From Callorhinchus milii (Eukaryota), in assembly GCF_018977255.1 (NCBI RefSeq), contig NW_024704742.1, positions 86,306,001 through 86,370,000 of the forward strand: DNA of 64,000 bases. The letters are read 5' to 3'. Shown in pieces: positions 24,586 through 64,000 of the stretch. A program made the translations under genes and the position numbers. The first letter of the stretch is position 1; each line of letters begins with the position of its first letter. The notes beneath the pieces are model-generated. The model was not told the DNA's origin. It did not search any database and saw only the letters and a list, made by a program, of their open reading frames with translations.

Positions 24586-26725
24586 CAGAACACAGAGAAA
24601 CAACTTTACAGTAATCGTTACAGTACTCCAACTGGGAAGAGTTTTTTTTAAAATAAAAGCTATTTATTTGATTTGAAATAGACAGCAACAAACTTGCCTG
24701 GCATTACATATAAAATATCTTATAAAACGTGATTTACAAAACACAACCAAATACATATTACAAAAGATATTAGTGGTACAAAACAAAGGATTCTGCTGCA
24801 AGGTTTCACCTTACCAATTCACAAGCAAAAAATAATTTTAAAAAATCATGACTGAAAGTTTATATGAAAAGTTTTTTTGCATAAGGAAAATCAATTTCTC
24901 ATAGAGGTATAAATAAAATGCAATGCAATGAATTGTTGCAAATTCAATTCAGTGCACCCTAAGAGAACATGTCCAAATTAATACATTTAATGGCAGATTT
25001 AATACATACATTAATTCCTTTACAGCAGCATTTGCCCACTCTCTCAAAAGTTGTAATGGTCTTTGTAAATAAATTGGATGTTCGTTTCTAGATAGTTTGT
25101 TCAAGTTGGGATGTGAAATCTGTGGTCTTTTGTGAAAATTATCTTACACAAATTAAGTTTGATGGTCTATCTACAAAATTGAACATTTATGTAAAGTAAT
25201 TTGATCTTTTGTTATCTTATAAAATAAGATCACTGAAGATCAGCAGAACTGCCATCAACAAAACTAAAACAACAAATTATATTTTTATAGTAAATAACTG
25301 GCCACTCAGTCTCTCCTACCCTTAATTCTTTGATACACTAATCAAATTTAACAATTCAACTTGCACAAAATAGCACACATACTGTACTACACAGAGGCCT
25401 AGTGCTGGATCAAAAGGAGAGAGACACGCAATATTTTCCAATGGTCAAACCAGAACAACTTTCATGGAAGTGGGAAGCATGAACCAGCCTCATCAGACAG
25501 GATCACTTGAGTTCAAAGGTCACACAAAATGATGCATAAAAAGATTGTGGAATGCATTTTAGCAGATTACATTATGTTTTAAAAACTTAGAGTGATTAAA
25601 AATGGTTATAATTTATTTTCTGCCATATACTAATGGTTAGGTAGCCAATCGGAAGATTGCAAGAACAAGCAGCCCTATGGGTACTTTCTGTTCATACCAT
25701 CTGATTTTCCTGTTCTCAGTCATAAAAATATCCCCAGCCCCTCACACTTGTCTTTCTTAATCTGTTTTTCTTGCCAAAAGAATCAGTTGCTTGCTAGCAG
25801 TACAGCGAGCGATATGACAGGACTCTTTACCTACTAGTATGTGTCCATTTCAAGATATGGTTTCCTGTTTTTCTGAGAAATGATTTTATAGGGTTCTCCA
25901 CTGTGCTACTGATGATGCTCAGCTATATACGTTTTTTTTGTTATATTAGCTCATTTATTCAGAGTTGACAATTAAGGATTGGTTTATTCTTTAGTTCTAA
26001 CTTATTGATTAAACTTCAGGTTCTTAAAAACAATTTAGTTCACTCCTTTACACAGTATGGAGGAATCGGTAGGTGAAAGGAACAGATTGGTACAAGAGGA
26101 GATTTACGATGCGGTCTGGGATGGAATATTGAGCAGTATTAAATTCTTCAAAAAGACAGGCACTGCTGCAAATTTTATAGCTGAATTGGCTCATGAGCTG
26201 TGACGTGTAGATACAGTAAGTTATTGAATCAAGGTCCCCAAAGTAATCTACACGGCAGTTTAGATATAGGCGTACCTGACACAAGAATTTACATACAACT
26301 ATTCTTTGCACATGTTCTGCATATGACAGTGAATAGTTTCATACGAGTTAAATGGCTGATAAATACTGGAGCAAGAATGTTGGTCTATTGTAGGCATGTC
26401 AGTTTCCAAATGACTAAAAACACTAAAAAAGAAAATATAAAAACGTGCGGACTTTCACACACACATAAACTGAATCCTACAAGGCTAGAATGGATTCAGG
26501 ATTTTATGAGAATATCTGGATAACGAGTTAAACTTCACACTTGACGAAAGACGAGATGATATTGCAGAAAAAAAATCCTTATTCTTTTGTTTCCCTTCTG
26601 CTGTGAAAGCAGTGTAAGCCAGTTCCTAGAACTTAGACCAATGAGGAATTAGAGATGCCCATATTGTTTACAAGGCAGCTCCTTTTGTAAACATAATTGA
26701 CTAATGTCCAGTCAAGTGGGGTTGT

Positions 26726-62425
<35,700 letters not shown>

Positions 62426-63184
62426 TTAGATATTATAATGATATTGGTGAAGCCAGAAACTTTACACAAAAAAATTGGCGTTCACTCAGTAAAAATATCA
62501 TCTCTATATAAAAATTTTAAAATGCACAAACTAAATACTACAAAATAGCATCTTTATTACTGCTGTATTTTGCAGCGTTATAAGTTACAACAATAGTCTT
62601 TAGGCCCAGAGCTCCTCCAATATCCCAGTAAGCAAATACATCAGATTAGGATGGTTTAAGCAAAGACTCAACATCACATACAGATGGATTAATACGGAAT
62701 TAGAATGTTCAAGGGAACAGGTTACCAAATAAACTGATCAGCCAAGGCTCAAGCTTTGGATTGTTATCAGCCGACTGCAATCCAACAACCCTCCGCTAGA
62801 AGTACCAACACGGAAATCAGGTGAGGACAGGACTGAACTAAATCACCATGGTCCTCCATGGTCGAACAACCCTCAAAATAGTGAATCTTATGGGCACCAC
62901 AACAACGGGTCACTGACTCCTATGTAGCCACACCGCAGCAAACAAATTGGAGAGGGGAATGAAAGGAGAGGAAGGAAATCAGCTTAGTCTTCCACTTATT
63001 CATTTATCTTTTCTGAAAAATTTATGTAATGTACATGTAAACGTATATGACAAGAGTCAGCTACAATACCCTCCATGGTTGAAAAGCCAGCCAAGTTACC
63101 ATCTGTGCTCACAAATGAAGAATGACACTTGCCTGAATTACTGAAGGCCATATGCCAAAAAGATTTAGCGTCTTCAAGGAGAAT

Positions 63185-63770
63185 ACAACAACAAAATTAC
63201 ATTTGTATAGCGCCTTTCACATCGGGAGGATGTCCCAAGGCGCTGGGCAATCAGTGTTTCAGACTTGAGCTGGGGATCGGGATCGGGGACGGTGGAGGGC
63301 GGGGAGGGGGTGGGGAAGGAGGGTGATCAAAGGAATGGTCGAAGAAGAGGGTCTTGAGATGGGCCTTGAAGGAGGCAAGGGAGGGGGCGAGGTGTAGGGA
63401 CTACGGGATGGAATTCCAGAGGGTGGGGGTAGAGTGGCAGAAGGCCATCCCACCAATGGTGGGGCGGGTGAGGCGGGGGGCGTGAAGAGGCCGGAGCCCA
63501 CTGAGCAGAGGGAGCGAGCAGGATGGTAGGGGATTATGAGGTTGCAGAGGTAGGGGGGAGCAAGGCCATGGTGGGCTTTGAAAGTGAGGACCAGGATCTT
63601 GAACTGTATCCTCTGTGTGATGGGAAACCAGTGGAGTCGAGCGAGGATGTGGGTGATAAGAGTCACAAAGCCTGGTACAGAAGAGGACACGGGCTGCAGA
63701 GTTCTGGATGATCTGCAGCCTATGGAGGGAGGAGTTGGAGAGGCCGACCAGCAGGGCGTTTGCGTAGTCA
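63185..63770 (-). mobile_element. L2 3' fragment
   Basis: ARLHWFPITQRIQFKILVLTFKAHHGLAP plus tail. Confidence 0.85.
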
Positions 63771-64000
63771 AATGATTATGAATGCATATATGAATAGCCC
63801 ATTTGATCCATTATACTGTGCCACACTAGCTACTCACTGGAACTGCTTTCTCCCATCCCACTTCCTTTACTTTCCCAGCTCTCAAATTTTTTATATATTT
63901 CTGACAATGTCTTAACTAATTCCCTTAAATTACCACAAGTAACTCTTTATTGTGTTTTTTTTTAATCTTCTGACTTCCTAAGATAAATTAATTCTTTGGA

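Overview
Vertebrate genomic DNA, most likely a cartilaginous fish (inferred from the tRNA-Ala/Deu-type SINE, L2 and CR1 content). It covers the conserved TRPM3-KLF9-SMC5 block: the last three coding exons of TRPM3 (+), KLF9, and 20 exons of SMC5 (-, 5' exons outside the window), which I spliced by hand into one open frame with GT-AG boundaries. Two things stand out. (1) An intact, intronless IFITM/CD225 (dispanin) ORF lies on the same strand inside the largest SMC5 intron, with a candidate 5' exon and an IRF/ISRE-like motif upstream; it looks like a nested antiviral retrogene. (2) KLF9 exon 1 is on the opposite strand to exon 2, abuts a 25-N gap, and carries frameshifts and an expanded EHR/DPHR repeat, so it is either misassembled or truly inverted. 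The rest is rich in mobile elements: a young 2.6-kb L2 with TSD, nested L2-in-L2 and L2-in-CR1 insertions, partner SINEs, hAT and Tigger-like DNA elements, and G-rich minisatellites. All family calls come from motif recognition; no database search was run.
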